DNA of 63,976 nucleotides, the filler included, from Pseudomonadota bacterium (GTDB taxonomy: Bacteria; Desulfobacterota; Desulfobacteria; Desulfobacterales; JBDRRP01): the NCBI GenBank assembly GCA_043825735.1. It is 7 parts of 7 records of this genome, joined end to end, with 100 filler letters (N's around TTAATTAATTAA, not from the genome) between each part and the next. Parts side by side here need not be neighbours in the genome. Positions count along the whole stretch, not along the records: positions 1 to 26,520 come from JBDRRP010000094.1; 6 more parts are not named here. One strand, written 5' to 3'. The stretch's first letter is position 1. The number at the start of each line of letters is the position of its first letter. Below are positions 1-9,153 of this stretch, piece after piece. The translations under genes and the position numbers were made by a program. The notes below the pieces were generated by a model that made no database searches, was not told where the DNA came from, and saw nothing but the letters and a program-made list of their open reading frames with translations.

Positions 1-1
1 C

Positions 2-355
2 CATGCCCACCACCCGCCGGGCCAGCTCGATGCCGATCAGGACCCCGACCACGGCCATCCATTTGTCCAGGTCGTTTTCGGCGCCGGTGCGGTAGTTGAT
101 GGCCTCAAAGTTGAGAATCCAGTAACCGATGGTGACGATGGAGGCGATGATGAGCAGATAGTCCACCACCCGGAAAATGGGCGTCTTGGACTTGTAGAGC
201 AAAAACACCAGGACATAGGTGATGATGACATAAATGCCCCGGTGGTACTGGGTGGCCGCCGGCTGGAGCACCGCCGCCCAGGAATAAAAGACAACCAGGG
301 AGACGGACAAGATGTCGAAGATTGCTTTTTCGAACCTGTTGAGTTTGTCGTACAC
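2..355 (-). CDS. TRAP transporter fused (4TM/12TM) permease, N-terminal part; runs off the window start
   Basis: Not in the ORF track; translated by hand from GTG at 355 with GAGGTG upstream: MYDKLNRFEKAIFDILSVSLVVFYSWAAVLQPAATQYHRGIYVIITYVLVFLLYK...VDYLLIIASIVTIGYWILNFEAINYRTG...IGIELARRVVGM. Hydrophobic helices, E-x-x-RR-x-x-G motif, directly downstream of a TAXI binding protein. Confidence 0.85.
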   Translation of the reverse strand, partial: MYDKLNRFEKAIFDILSVSLVVFYSWAAVLQPAATQYHRGIYVIITYVLVFLLYKSKTPIFRVVDYLLIIASIVTIGYWILNFEAINYRTGAENDLDKWMAVVGVLIGIELARRVVGM

Positions 356-506
356 GATTGCACCTCATCATTGCGAACGTCGCCGGGCACCGAATCCGGT
401 ATCCGTTTCCATCCGGCCGTGAAACAGGTCAAGGCGGCACGACATCGCCGTGCCGCCCCATGACCATGACGCGTCGATCCTCACATCGGAGCGGCGCAGA
501 TTTTTA

Positions 507-1481
507 CTATTTCAAAACGCCTTTTTCTTTCCAGAACTTTTCGGCACCCGGATGCAGCGGGGTCACGATACCCTCGATGCCGCTTTGGATGCTCATGGCG
601 GCCGCGGTCTTTTTCACGTTGACCATGTGGGCCAGGCCCTCGGGGGAGTAGATCTGTTCGAGCAGCTTGTAGACCACGTCGGCGGGCACCTTGCTGTTGG
701 CCACCCACAGGGCCGAGTCCTGAAAGCTGGGCATGTCCACGTCCACGCCTTTGTAGGTGCCGGCGGGGATGGTCAGTTTGCTGAAGTAGGGGTACTTCTT
801 CAAAAAGCCCGATTCCTCGGCATCCTTGTACAGGTTGACCATATCGATGTCGTTGGTCTGGGCGGCCATGATCACCGCACCGGCCGGGTAACCCACGAAC
901 AGCCAGAAGGCGTCGAGCTGGTTGTTTCCGAAGGCGGCGGCCGCGTCGTTGTAGCCCATGGCGTTACGCTCGATCTTGTCCCACACGCCCATATGGGTAA
1001 AAAACAGCTCGCAGTTGGCAAACGCGCCGGAGCCGGCATTTCCCACGCCCACTTTCTTTCCGGCCAGGTCCTTGACGCTGTTGATGCCCGAGCCTTTTTT
1101 GACCACCAGCTGCGCCGGTGCCCCGTAAAAGTAGGAAACGGCCAGTACGTTGGTGTACTTGGTGGTGTCGTTTTTCATCAGGCCCTCACGGCCCTGGAAG
1201 ACGTGCCCGGAGTAGACCACGCCAAAGGAATAGGCGCCGGAGTCGACTTTGCGCATGTTCTCCACCGAGCCGCCGGAGGCGCCGGCCAGCACGCGAAAGT
1301 CGGGAATGGCCTTGACGCCGGGGTAGGTGGCGATGCCGCCGGCCATGAACTGGAAGGTGCCGCCGGCCGGGCCGCCGCCGAACTTGTAAATGGGTTTGGC
1401 CATCGCGCCCGGTGCAAACGCGAATGTGGCCATAATGACGGCACAGACCGCAACAGTGATGGTGAACAGTGTCCGCTTCAT
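507..1481 (-). CDS. TAXI-family TRAP solute-binding protein
   Basis: GGGPAGGTF, GGSVEN, GNAGSG, PLHPGAEKFWKE motifs and a signal peptide. Start moved to ATG 1481 (MKRTLF), preceded by GAGGAGG. Confidence 0.92.
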   Translation of the reverse strand: MKRTLFTITVAVCAVIMATFAFAPGAMAKPIYKFGGGPAGGTFQFMAGGIATYPGVKAIPDFRVLAGASGGSVENMRKVDSGAYSFGVVYSGHVFQGREGLMKNDTTKYTNVLAVSYFYGAPAQLVVKKGSGINSVKDLAGKKVGVGNAGSGAFANCELFFTHMGVWDKIERNAMGYNDAAAAFGNNQLDAFWLFVGYPAGAVIMAAQTNDIDMVNLYKDAEESGFLKKYPYFSKLTIPAGTYKGVDVDMPSFQDSALWVANSKVPADVVYKLLEQIYSPEGLAHMVNVKKTAAAMSIQSGIEGIVTPLHPGAEKFWKEKGVLK

Positions 1482-1656
1482 TGCATTCCTCCTCATTGAT
1501 GGTTGGCAACACGGCCGTGGGGCTGGTGGTCTTGCTGGGCCGGTGTCAGGGGTCCCGGGCAATGACGCATGCCGGAAGTTTCCGCATCCAGTGCCGGTGG
1601 GCCGCCTCGATGGCCATGGTGGGGGATTGAAAAAAGGCGGCATCCGTGCATTGGCG

Positions 1657-1724
1657 ACCGTACCAATGTGGCAACCCTGCGTCAATTAGGCGATTTCTGA
1701 TTTCGATGTCAGAAATTTTCTTAC
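1657..1724 (-). promoter_or_regulatory. Putative sigma70 promoter for the TAXI-TRAP operon with adjacent activator boxes
   Basis: Minus strand TTGACG (1685-1680), 17-nt spacer, TACGGT (1662-1657). Immediately upstream is the dyad ATTTCTGA-N8-TCAGAAAT (1693-1716). Confidence 0.5.
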
Positions 1725-1837
1725 ACGGCGGCGGCCACGACTGTGTGCCTGCCGCCGCATCACGGTTCATTGCCTTAGAAACCCAGCGCTTGCGCGGTAG
1801 GCTCCAGGCGAAAACCCTCGTTGCCGGCACTCGCTCA

Positions 1838-2476
1838 CTACGGTTCTATGAGGTTGTTCTGGATGGCGAATCGGGAAAGGTCGGCGTTGTTGCGCAGATT
1901 GAGTTTTTTCAGCAGTCGAAGCCGGTAGGTGTCCACGGTTTTGATGCTGATGTTGTACGCCGAGGCGATTTCTCGGTTGGTGTGCCCCATGGCCAGGCGT
2001 CTGAGCACCTGCAGCTCGCGGGTGGAGAGCAGATCCAGAGGGCTTTGTCCCCGGGCACCCCGGGCAACGCTGAGGACCAGTGCGTCGGTGGCATCCGCCG
2101 ACAGGTAGCGGTTGCCGCCGCAAACCACGCGGATAGCCGTGACCAGCTGTTCAGGGGCGGATTTTTTCGTGATATAGCCCATGGCGCCGGCTTCAATGGC
2201 CCGGATCACGTACTGATCTTCCTCATGCATGGTGAGAATGATAACGGGCAGCTTCGGAAACTCGGCGTGGAGCCGGCTGGTCACTTCCAGTCCGTCGAGA
2301 CCGGGCATGGAGATATCGACAACCGCCACATCGGGGCACTCCCGGCGGACCATGGATATGGCCTGCATGCCGTCGGCGGCCTCGGCCACCACGGTCATTT
2401 GTTCGCCGTCTTCGACGATGCGCCGAAGTCCGTCCCTGACAATACTGTGATCGTCTGCCAGCAGCACGCGGATCAT
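1838..2476 (-). CDS. NarL/FixJ (LuxR-HTH) response regulator
   Basis: REC domain (LADDH, DISMPG, GYITK) plus LSTRELQV...NREIA...SIKTVDTYR HTH. 4-nt overlap with the kinase stop. Confidence 0.95.
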   Translation of the reverse strand: MIRVLLADDHSIVRDGLRRIVEDGEQMTVVAEAADGMQAISMVRRECPDVAVVDISMPGLDGLEVTSRLHAEFPKLPVIILTMHEEDQYVIRAIEAGAMGYITKKSAPEQLVTAIRVVCGGNRYLSADATDALVLSVARGARGQSPLDLLSTRELQVLRRLAMGHTNREIASAYNISIKTVDTYRLRLLKKLNLRNNADLSRFAIQNNLIEP

Positions 2477-4935
2477 TTTCGAGATTCCTCCCCCGGGAGT
2501 ACCTGTAATCTGACCTGGGTGCCTTGCTGCGGTGCGGACACCACGTCCAGGTTGCCGCCAACCAGGGCGGCGCGCTCGCGCATGCCGGCCAGCCCCAGTC
2601 CTTCGCTTTCCGTCAAGCCGGTAGGGTCAAATCCTTTTCCGTCATCGGCCACGGTCAGGACCAGGGTGCCGTCGAGCAGCTCAAGTTTCACATCCACGCG
2701 ACCGGCCGCTGCATGTCGGACAACATTGGTCAGGGCCTCCTGGGCAATCCGGTAGGCCACCGTGGCCACCCGATTGCTCAAGGGGGGGATGGGTTGCTGG
2801 TGCTCGAACACGCAGGTGATCTGTGCGCGGCGCTCAAAATCGGTGGTGATCCACTCCAGGGCATCCACCAGTCCCAGGTCGTCCAGCACGCCCGGTCGCA
2901 GCCGGATGGCCATGCCCCGGACGTCTTCGATGTTCTTATCGATGAGATGGGTCATGGTCATGGCGCGCTCGGCGGCGCGGGGGTCGGTTTTTTTGAGGTG
3001 CTCGTTCATCCAGACAGCGTCCATTCGCAGCGCGGTCAGCACCTGGCCCAGCTCGTCATGGAGTTCCCGGGCGATGGCGGAGCGCTCGGCCTCCTGGCTT
3101 TGCAGGATGCTTCCCGAAAGTTTTCGCAGGCGTTCCTGGGCCTTTTTCTCGGCGGTGATATCGGTGGAGATGTTGCAGATGCCGCTGACCTGGCCGCTGT
3201 CGTCGAAAATGGGAAACTTCACAGACAGGTAGGTGTGATCGACATTGCCGTGGACGAGGCGTTCTTCCACCTGCACCGGCCGGCCCGTGGCCAGTACCCG
3301 GGCTTCGTTGACCTGGAACTGCCGGGCCACACTGTCGGGAAGAATGTCTTTGTCGGTTTTTCCCCGCACGGCTTCGTTGGACATGCCCAGCAAGGTTTCC
3401 AGTCGCGTGTTGATGAGCACGTAGCGGCCCTCGAGATCTTTCATGTAGACCATGTCCGGCGTGTATTTCAGGATATTGCTGATCTCGCGGGTTCGCTTGC
3501 GCACCTGGCGCTCCAGGTTCTGGGAATAGCGGTCCAGGGTCTCTTTGGCCTGCCGCAGGGCGATTTCCGCCTTGATGCGCTCGGTTACGTCGATGGAAAC
3601 GGCAAGGGTGCGCCGGATGCGGCCGTCGGCATCGAATTCGGCGATGGCGGACAGGAGCACGTCGATGACCTCACCGGTCTTTTTTTTGAACTGATAGGGG
3701 ACGTCCTTGCAGTAGCCCGTCTTGAAAAACCCGGGGAACACGGTCTCCTCGTAATAGCGCCGGGAGGTCTCGGTAAAAAAATCGGCCAGCGGGCGGCCCA
3801 CCACCTCTTCGACACGGTATCCCATGGAGTCGCTCCAGTAGTCGCTCACGCTGATGATTCGCCCCTGGGTGTCGATGGAGTGCAGCATGGCCGGCGTGTT
3901 GTGATACAGGGAGCGGTACCGGGCCTCGCTGTCACGCAGGGCCTTTTCCACCGACCGCCGCTGGGCGAGCTCCTGGCTGGCCTTGCGGTAGAGGAAAAAC
4001 ACCCCCGCCCCCAAAAAGGTCGTCAGCGTGACGATGATGATGCCGGAGATGCGAATCAGCGGTGCCGACAGGGTCCGTGAAATAGCGGCTCTGCTGCGCA
4101 TGTGGATCACCTGCCACCCCGGGTAGCTGGTCAACTCGGTTTGGTGCACGATATAGGGCGTTCCCTCCTGGTCATAGGCCTCCCCGGCGTTCATCCGGAT
4201 ACCCGTCCACTGCCAGGGACCGGTGCCGAACTGACGGCTCAGGTTCAGCGATTCCAGATCCTTGTTGGAAAGCCGCCGGAGCAGTTTGTAGCGCCACTCG
4301 GCCTTGTTGGAAATAAAAACCACGCCCTTGGGGTCGGTGACCATGACGATTTCATCGAGGCTGGGCCCGAGTTCTTTTTCGATGAAGTAGATGGCCGATT
4401 TGATGACGGCGATGCCTGCCGGTGTGTCCTGCCCAGGGCCGTAGACCGGGTAGCTGACATAGGCCCCCCGCTTGCCGGAGGTGGTGCCCAGCGCGAGGTA
4501 GGTGGAGGGCAGTCCCTGGATCGCCTTTTGGTAATAGGGCCTGAATCTGAAGTTTTGTCCCACGAAGCTGTCCGGGTCGTTGCGGTTGCTGCTGGCCACG
4601 GTGGTGCCGTCGGGATCGAGCAGGTAGCAGACATCGGCATCCAGGGTCTCCCGGAATAGATCCAGCATGCGATTGGCTGCAGCCAGGCCAGCGGGATCGG
4701 TTTTCAGAAGGGCCGTCTTGATTTCCGGAATATCGGCCAGGGTGCGCACCGGGCGGATGTTCTGGGTGAGCAGGGTGGACAGGCTGCTGTTGATGACGGC
4801 CAGCCGGACCAGTGCGTGGCGCTCCGCCTCCCTGAATGCGATGCTTTTGAGCGAGGCGTGGAAGAGATACCCGCCGGTGGCCGCCGCACCGAAGGCGAGC
4901 AGGGAGAGGATGAGTATGATGTGGCGCAGCCGCAT
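2473..4935 (-). CDS. Sensor histidine kinase: DctB-like Cache domain, two PAS domains, HisKA_3/HATPase
   Basis: FRFRPYY...LGTTSGKRG periplasmic motif between two TM helices; two PAS/PAC blocks; ERSAIARELHDELGQ, EALTNVVRHA, DDGKGF, GLGLAGMRERA. Start set at ATG 4935. Confidence 0.9.
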   Translation of the reverse strand: MRLRHIILILSLLAFGAAATGGYLFHASLKSIAFREAERHALVRLAVINSSLSTLLTQNIRPVRTLADIPEIKTALLKTDPAGLAAANRMLDLFRETLDADVCYLLDPDGTTVASSNRNDPDSFVGQNFRFRPYYQKAIQGLPSTYLALGTTSGKRGAYVSYPVYGPGQDTPAGIAVIKSAIYFIEKELGPSLDEIVMVTDPKGVVFISNKAEWRYKLLRRLSNKDLESLNLSRQFGTGPWQWTGIRMNAGEAYDQEGTPYIVHQTELTSYPGWQVIHMRSRAAISRTLSAPLIRISGIIIVTLTTFLGAGVFFLYRKASQELAQRRSVEKALRDSEARYRSLYHNTPAMLHSIDTQGRIISVSDYWSDSMGYRVEEVVGRPLADFFTETSRRYYEETVFPGFFKTGYCKDVPYQFKKKTGEVIDVLLSAIAEFDADGRIRRTLAVSIDVTERIKAEIALRQAKETLDRYSQNLERQVRKRTREISNILKYTPDMVYMKDLEGRYVLINTRLETLLGMSNEAVRGKTDKDILPDSVARQFQVNEARVLATGRPVQVEERLVHGNVDHTYLSVKFPIFDDSGQVSGICNISTDITAEKKAQERLRKLSGSILQSQEAERSAIARELHDELGQVLTALRMDAVWMNEHLKKTDPRAAERAMTMTHLIDKNIEDVRGMAIRLRPGVLDDLGLVDALEWITTDFERRAQITCVFEHQQPIPPLSNRVATVAYRIAQEALTNVVRHAAAGRVDVKLELLDGTLVLTVADDGKGFDPTGLTESEGLGLAGMRERAALVGGNLDVVSAPQQGTQVRLQVLPGEESRK

Positions 4936-4975
4936 GACGCGTCTCCGGAAAAGCGGGCGCATTGCCGCAGGTCGT

Positions 4976-6031
4976 TTACTTGGAGAATACCGAAACCGGG
5001 GGGTGATGATCAACCCATAGTTGGTCTTCACTCAGAGCAGTGTCGGTGGTGATGCAAAGTTCGACGGAAAAAATCTGCTTCAGGGCAGCTGCCGTGGTGT
5101 TTCGCCAGCCGCCGGCACGTGACCGGCTCCGAGGGTGCACCCCGACGGTGATACAACCGGGCAGGGGGCGCCGGTGATCCAACTCCCGGTGAAGTGCATC
5201 GCGAAACAGGCGGCATTGAACGAGGTGGCCGAAAGCGGGATGATAGGGGCCGGCGACGATGGCGCCGGTACCGAGAAGCCCGTCATCGGCATGAAGCCCC
5301 ATGCGGATGACCGGAATATCCTTGCGGGCAAACACCCGAACCATGTCGGCCACCAGCGCCACGGCGGTATCCAGGTCCCAGGGGCGATACCGCCCCTGGA
5401 GCGTCCAGTCTGCCAGCCGGCTGTTTTTCAGAACGATCGTTGGGTAGATACGCACCGCTTCAGGACGCCACGCGGCCACCTCGCGGGCGGTGGCCATGGC
5501 CGTGGCGGCGGTGTCGCCAGGAAGCCCCACCATCAGCTGGACACCGACCCGGTGGCCTGCTGCGCTCAGGCGCTGGACGGCGGTGACGGCCGTTTCGGCG
5601 TCATGACCGCGCTGGGAGGCGCAGAGCACGTCGTTATCCAAGGACTGAACCCCCAGTTCCACCAGTTGCACGGGGTACGGGGCGATGGCCGCGAGACGCT
5701 CGGGGCTGATGGTGTCTGGACGCGTTGAAAACCGGATCCCGGACAGCGGATCGGCCGTGACATGCGTGGCGGCCGCTTCCAGAAGCGTCGCCATGGCATC
5801 AGTGGGGATGCCCAGGAAATTGCCGCCGTAATAAGCGATCTGAAGCGGCCGGCCGCGATGCCGGCTATGGGCCTGCCAGGCCCTGACGGTGTCGTGCACC
5901 GTTGCGGTCGTCGGCAGACGTGTCTTTCCCGTGATGGCGGTCTGGTCGCAGAAGGCACACCGGTGGGGGCATCCGGCGTGGGGGATGAACACCGGGACGA
6001 TGAGCGGTCGGCGCCTGGCGTCAGAAGGCAT
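4976..6031 (-). CDS. Radical SAM protein (ELP3/YhcC-like)
   Basis: CPHRCAFC (CxxxCxxC), YYGGNF, STRPD, ELGVQS, QLMVGLPG, GPYHPAFG; lies next to rnc. Confidence 0.88.
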   Translation of the reverse strand: MPSDARRRPLIVPVFIPHAGCPHRCAFCDQTAITGKTRLPTTATVHDTVRAWQAHSRHRGRPLQIAYYGGNFLGIPTDAMATLLEAAATHVTADPLSGIRFSTRPDTISPERLAAIAPYPVQLVELGVQSLDNDVLCASQRGHDAETAVTAVQRLSAAGHRVGVQLMVGLPGDTAATAMATAREVAAWRPEAVRIYPTIVLKNSRLADWTLQGRYRPWDLDTAVALVADMVRVFARKDIPVIRMGLHADDGLLGTGAIVAGPYHPAFGHLVQCRLFRDALHRELDHRRPLPGCITVGVHPRSRSRAGGWRNTTAAALKQIFSVELCITTDTALSEDQLWVDHHPPVSVFSK

Positions 6032-6034
6032 GCG

Positions 6035-6775
6035 TCAGCCGAGGGGCTGCGCGTCGAGAAGGGCCAGCGCCAGTTGAGCGGCGTCCTGCTCGGCCGCCTT
6101 CTTGCTTTTCCCACGACCCTCGGCGGTGCGATCGGCCGCGGTCACCTGGACAGTGAAAATGCGATCGTGATCCGGGCCGGCAGTTTCGGTGAGCAGATAC
6201 ACCGGCGCCGGCATACCGGTCTGCTGGATGCGTTCCTGAAGCCGGGATTTGTAATCAGCGATGCGCCCCGGCTCCAGATCGTTTTGGATGATCGGGGCCA
6301 CCTGTCGTCGGACGACCTGGAACGCGGCATCGAGGCCGCCGTCCAGATATACTGCTGCGATGACCGCCTCCATGGCATCGGCTAAAACCGAACTTTTCTG
6401 GGCGCCGCCGGTCAGGGCCTCTCCTCGGCCCAGTTTCAGTTGCGGGCCAAGTGCCACGGACTCGGCGATATCGGCCAGTTGCTGCTCGTTGACCACTTCG
6501 GCGCGCATTCGCGAGAGGTGCCCTTCCGGTACATCCGGAAAGGCATCCATGAGCAGACGACTCACGATGAGATTGAGTACCGCATCGCCCAGAAACTCTA
6601 AACGTTCGTTGCTTCGGGTGATACCGGGCTGCTCATTCACATAGGAACTGTGGGACAAGGCTTCGGCCAGAATATCCGTGTTTCTGAAACGGTATCCGAG
6701 GCGCTCCAGAAAGTCTTCTGAGGGCTGTGGGGGCATGGGGTCCGTGTCTTTTCCCGGTTCATGCGCTGACGGCAT
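6035..6775 (-). CDS. rnc: Ribonuclease III
   Basis: NERLEFLGDAVL signature, ADAMEAVIAAVYLDGG, dsRBD with GKSKKAAEQDAA. The true start may be the ATG at 6736. Confidence 0.96.
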   Translation of the reverse strand: MPSAHEPGKDTDPMPPQPSEDFLERLGYRFRNTDILAEALSHSSYVNEQPGITRSNERLEFLGDAVLNLIVSRLLMDAFPDVPEGHLSRMRAEVVNEQQLADIAESVALGPQLKLGRGEALTGGAQKSSVLADAMEAVIAAVYLDGGLDAAFQVVRRQVAPIIQNDLEPGRIADYKSRLQERIQQTGMPAPVYLLTETAGPDHDRIFTVQVTAADRTAEGRGKSKKAAEQDAAQLALALLDAQPLG

Positions 6776-7664
6776 GGGGAGCGCGCTGCCCCACGGCGTT
6801 CAGCAGACGTGTGTAAAGGACTGCAGGCACGTGAAGATCACCGTAGCCAGAGCCCAGGGCCACATCCGGTTTCAAGGCGCCATGGAAATCAGTTCCACCG
6901 GTCTTTAAAAGACCGTGGCGGTCGGCCAGGGCGCCGTAATGGGCGGTCTGATGGTCAGAGTGCTCGGGGTAATACACTTCCACGCCATCCACGCCCGCCG
7001 CTTTGAATGCCGCCATGGTGGCATCGGACATCAGGCCGTTTTGCGTTGGATAGAGCCCGGGATGTGCGATTACTGCAACACCTCCGGCGCTTCTGATGGC
7101 GTCTGTTGCTTCGTCAAAGGGCACCCGGTACTTGTCCACATAGGCCGGCCGGTCGTTGCCGAGATAACTGTCGAAGGCCGCGTTAAAATTCGGCGCGAAC
7201 CCTTTTTTTACCATTGTTTGCGCGATGTGCGGCCGCCCCACCTGGTCGGGTGATCCGCTTTCACGGACCACCTCGTCTAAGGAGATGTCCATTCCCAGCG
7301 CATTGAGACGCGCGATGATGCGGGGGTTCCGGTGCAGGCGGGAGTCCCGCAGGTGCGCCAATATGGCGTTTAACCGGGGGTTGTTCAGGGCAATGCCGTA
7401 GCCGAGCATGTGGATGCTGCCGGAGAGGGGAAAAAAGGGCGGTGGCGCGGTACTGATTTCAACGCCGGTAAGAAAGGAAAGTCCCTCGGGCAGTCCGGTG
7501 TCAAGTGCCTCTTGGCAACCGGCGACAGTGTCATGATCGGTGATTGAAACTGCGGCCAGGCCCAGTGCATGGGCACAGCGCAGTATTTCGGAAGGGGAGA
7601 GGGTGCCGTCGGAAGCCGTTGAATGGATATGTAGATCGATGCCCGGCGGGCGGTTAGAGTCCAA
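6759..7664 (-). CDS. PHP-domain phosphoesterase (TrpH/YciV-like)
   Basis: DLHIHSTASDG, ITDHDT, GVEIS, GRPHIA, AHP, TGGTDFHG. TTG start overlapping dksA. Confidence 0.92.
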   Translation of the reverse strand: MDSNRPPGIDLHIHSTASDGTLSPSEILRCAHALGLAAVSITDHDTVAGCQEALDTGLPEGLSFLTGVEISTAPPPFFPLSGSIHMLGYGIALNNPRLNAILAHLRDSRLHRNPRIIARLNALGMDISLDEVVRESGSPDQVGRPHIAQTMVKKGFAPNFNAAFDSYLGNDRPAYVDKYRVPFDEATDAIRSAGGVAVIAHPGLYPTQNGLMSDATMAAFKAAGVDGVEVYYPEHSDHQTAHYGALADRHGLLKTGGTDFHGALKPDVALGSGYGDLHVPAVLYTRLLNAVGQRAPHAVSA

Positions 7665-8016
7665 GGGCCTTTTCCATCGCCTCTTCTTTGATTTTGCAAT
7701 CGATGCACTGGGTGGTCACCGGCCGGGCTTTCAATCGCTCGATACCGATGTCTTCCCCGCAGGACTCGCAAATTCCGAAAGTGCCGCCCTCAATGCGATC
7801 CAGGGTTTTTTTTATCTTTTTGATGAGCTTGTGTTCCCTGTCCCGAATTCTCAGCATGAAATTGCGGTCAGCTTCAAGGGATGCACGGTCTGTTGGGTCG
7901 GGGAAGTTTTCTTTCTGCGAAGTCATACCGGTGACGGTATCGTCGGCGTGATCCAGCAGTTCCTCCAACTGATCGGTAAGCAGCACTTTAAAGTAGTCCA
8001 GATCCTTTTTTTTCAT
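7654..8016 (-). CDS. dksA: RNA polymerase-binding protein DksA
   Basis: DPTDRAS tip and a C4 zinc finger (CESC...CIDC), ERLKARP. Confidence 0.95.
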   Translation of the reverse strand: MKKKDLDYFKVLLTDQLEELLDHADDTVTGMTSQKENFPDPTDRASLEADRNFMLRIRDREHKLIKKIKKTLDRIEGGTFGICESCGEDIGIERLKARPVTTQCIDCKIKEEAMEKALGL

Positions 8017-8198
8017 GGCAGGCTCGCTTTTTGTCTATTTTTCCCTATAGAAAAAGAATCACGTAACACAATCCAATTGTTGAGTAAAGCGTAAAATAGG
8101 TCTTCATAGCGCCGTTTCAACATCTTGCCGGATGAAAGGCGATGCGGGGCGGGGGCGCTTTAGCGGCCGATGGATCGGCGGGGCGCGTGGTCAAGGGC

Positions 8199-9143
8199 TT
8201 AGCCGGTGGCTGTGGCCAGGAATGCGTCAAAGGTTTCAGCGGAGTTGACATTGGCCACCGGGTAGGCCTCATTTTCTGAAAAAATACCTTTTTTCAGCAT
8301 GTTGGCCAAGACGTTGCCGGGTCCGATTTCGGCGAATCCGTCCAGGTCGGTGGCCAGCACGGTCGCCATGGCATCGGTCCAGTGCACCGGACTGCAGAGC
8401 TGGCGGGCCATGATCGCCTTGATGGCGGCACCGTCTGATTCCAGAGTTGCCGTCGCGTTCATGGCCACCGGACAGCGGGCGTTGGAAAAGGTGACCCCGG
8501 AGAGGAACGCGGCAAAGTCCTTCTGTGCCGCCGCCATGAGCTGACTGTGCCAGGGGCCGCTGACTTTCAGGGGAATGGCGCGGGCGCCGACAGCCTTGGC
8601 CCGTGTGGCAGCGTCCGCCACGGCGGCGGCTTCCCCGGTGATGATGATCTGGGTGGGGGTGTTGTGGTTGGCGACCGAAACGATACCGCTGACGGCTGCC
8701 GCGGCCACGATCGCTGATACCTGAGCCATATCCAGTCCGATTATGGCTTGCATGGCGCCGTCGCAGGCGACGGCCTCCCGGTGCATCAGTTGCCCGCGCC
8801 GGGTGACCAGCCGAAAAGTGTCTTCCGGTGAAATGACCCCGGCGGCACACAGCGCGCTATACTCCCCGAGGCTGTGGCCGGCGGTGATGACCGGTGTTAC
8901 CCCGTTTTCTTGTAAAACGGCGGTGATGGCCAGATTCACGGCGGTGACGGCGGGCTGGAGGTTGATGGTCTCGGTCAACTGCGCCATGGGCCCCTCGAAG
9001 CACAGGCGGGTGACCGGCAGGCCGGCCAGGTCATCGGCCATGGCGAAGATGTCCCGGGCGGTGTCGAACCGGTCAAAAAGATCCTTCCCCATGCCCACTT
9101 TCTGGGAGCCCTGGCCGGGAAATAGAAATACGTGTTTTTTCAT
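8199..9143 (-). CDS. fabD: Malonyl-CoA:ACP transacylase
   Basis: FPGQGSQ, GHSLGEY, VSGPWHS, EIGPG. Confidence 0.95.
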   Translation of the reverse strand: MKKHVFLFPGQGSQKVGMGKDLFDRFDTARDIFAMADDLAGLPVTRLCFEGPMAQLTETINLQPAVTAVNLAITAVLQENGVTPVITAGHSLGEYSALCAAGVISPEDTFRLVTRRGQLMHREAVACDGAMQAIIGLDMAQVSAIVAAAAVSGIVSVANHNTPTQIIITGEAAAVADAATRAKAVGARAIPLKVSGPWHSQLMAAAQKDFAAFLSGVTFSNARCPVAMNATATLESDGAAIKAIMARQLCSPVHWTDAMATVLATDLDGFAEIGPGNVLANMLKKGIFSENEAYPVANVNSAETFDAFLATATG

Positions 9144-9153
9144 TACATATCCT

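Noticed and set aside
450..1499. Long antisense ORFs (also 2524-4080, 9364-10407, 17006-18640, 19662-21188, 51283-52254, 52196-53140)
   Set aside because: Shadow frames opposite well-supported genes, expected from GC-rich codon usage; no recognisable motifs.
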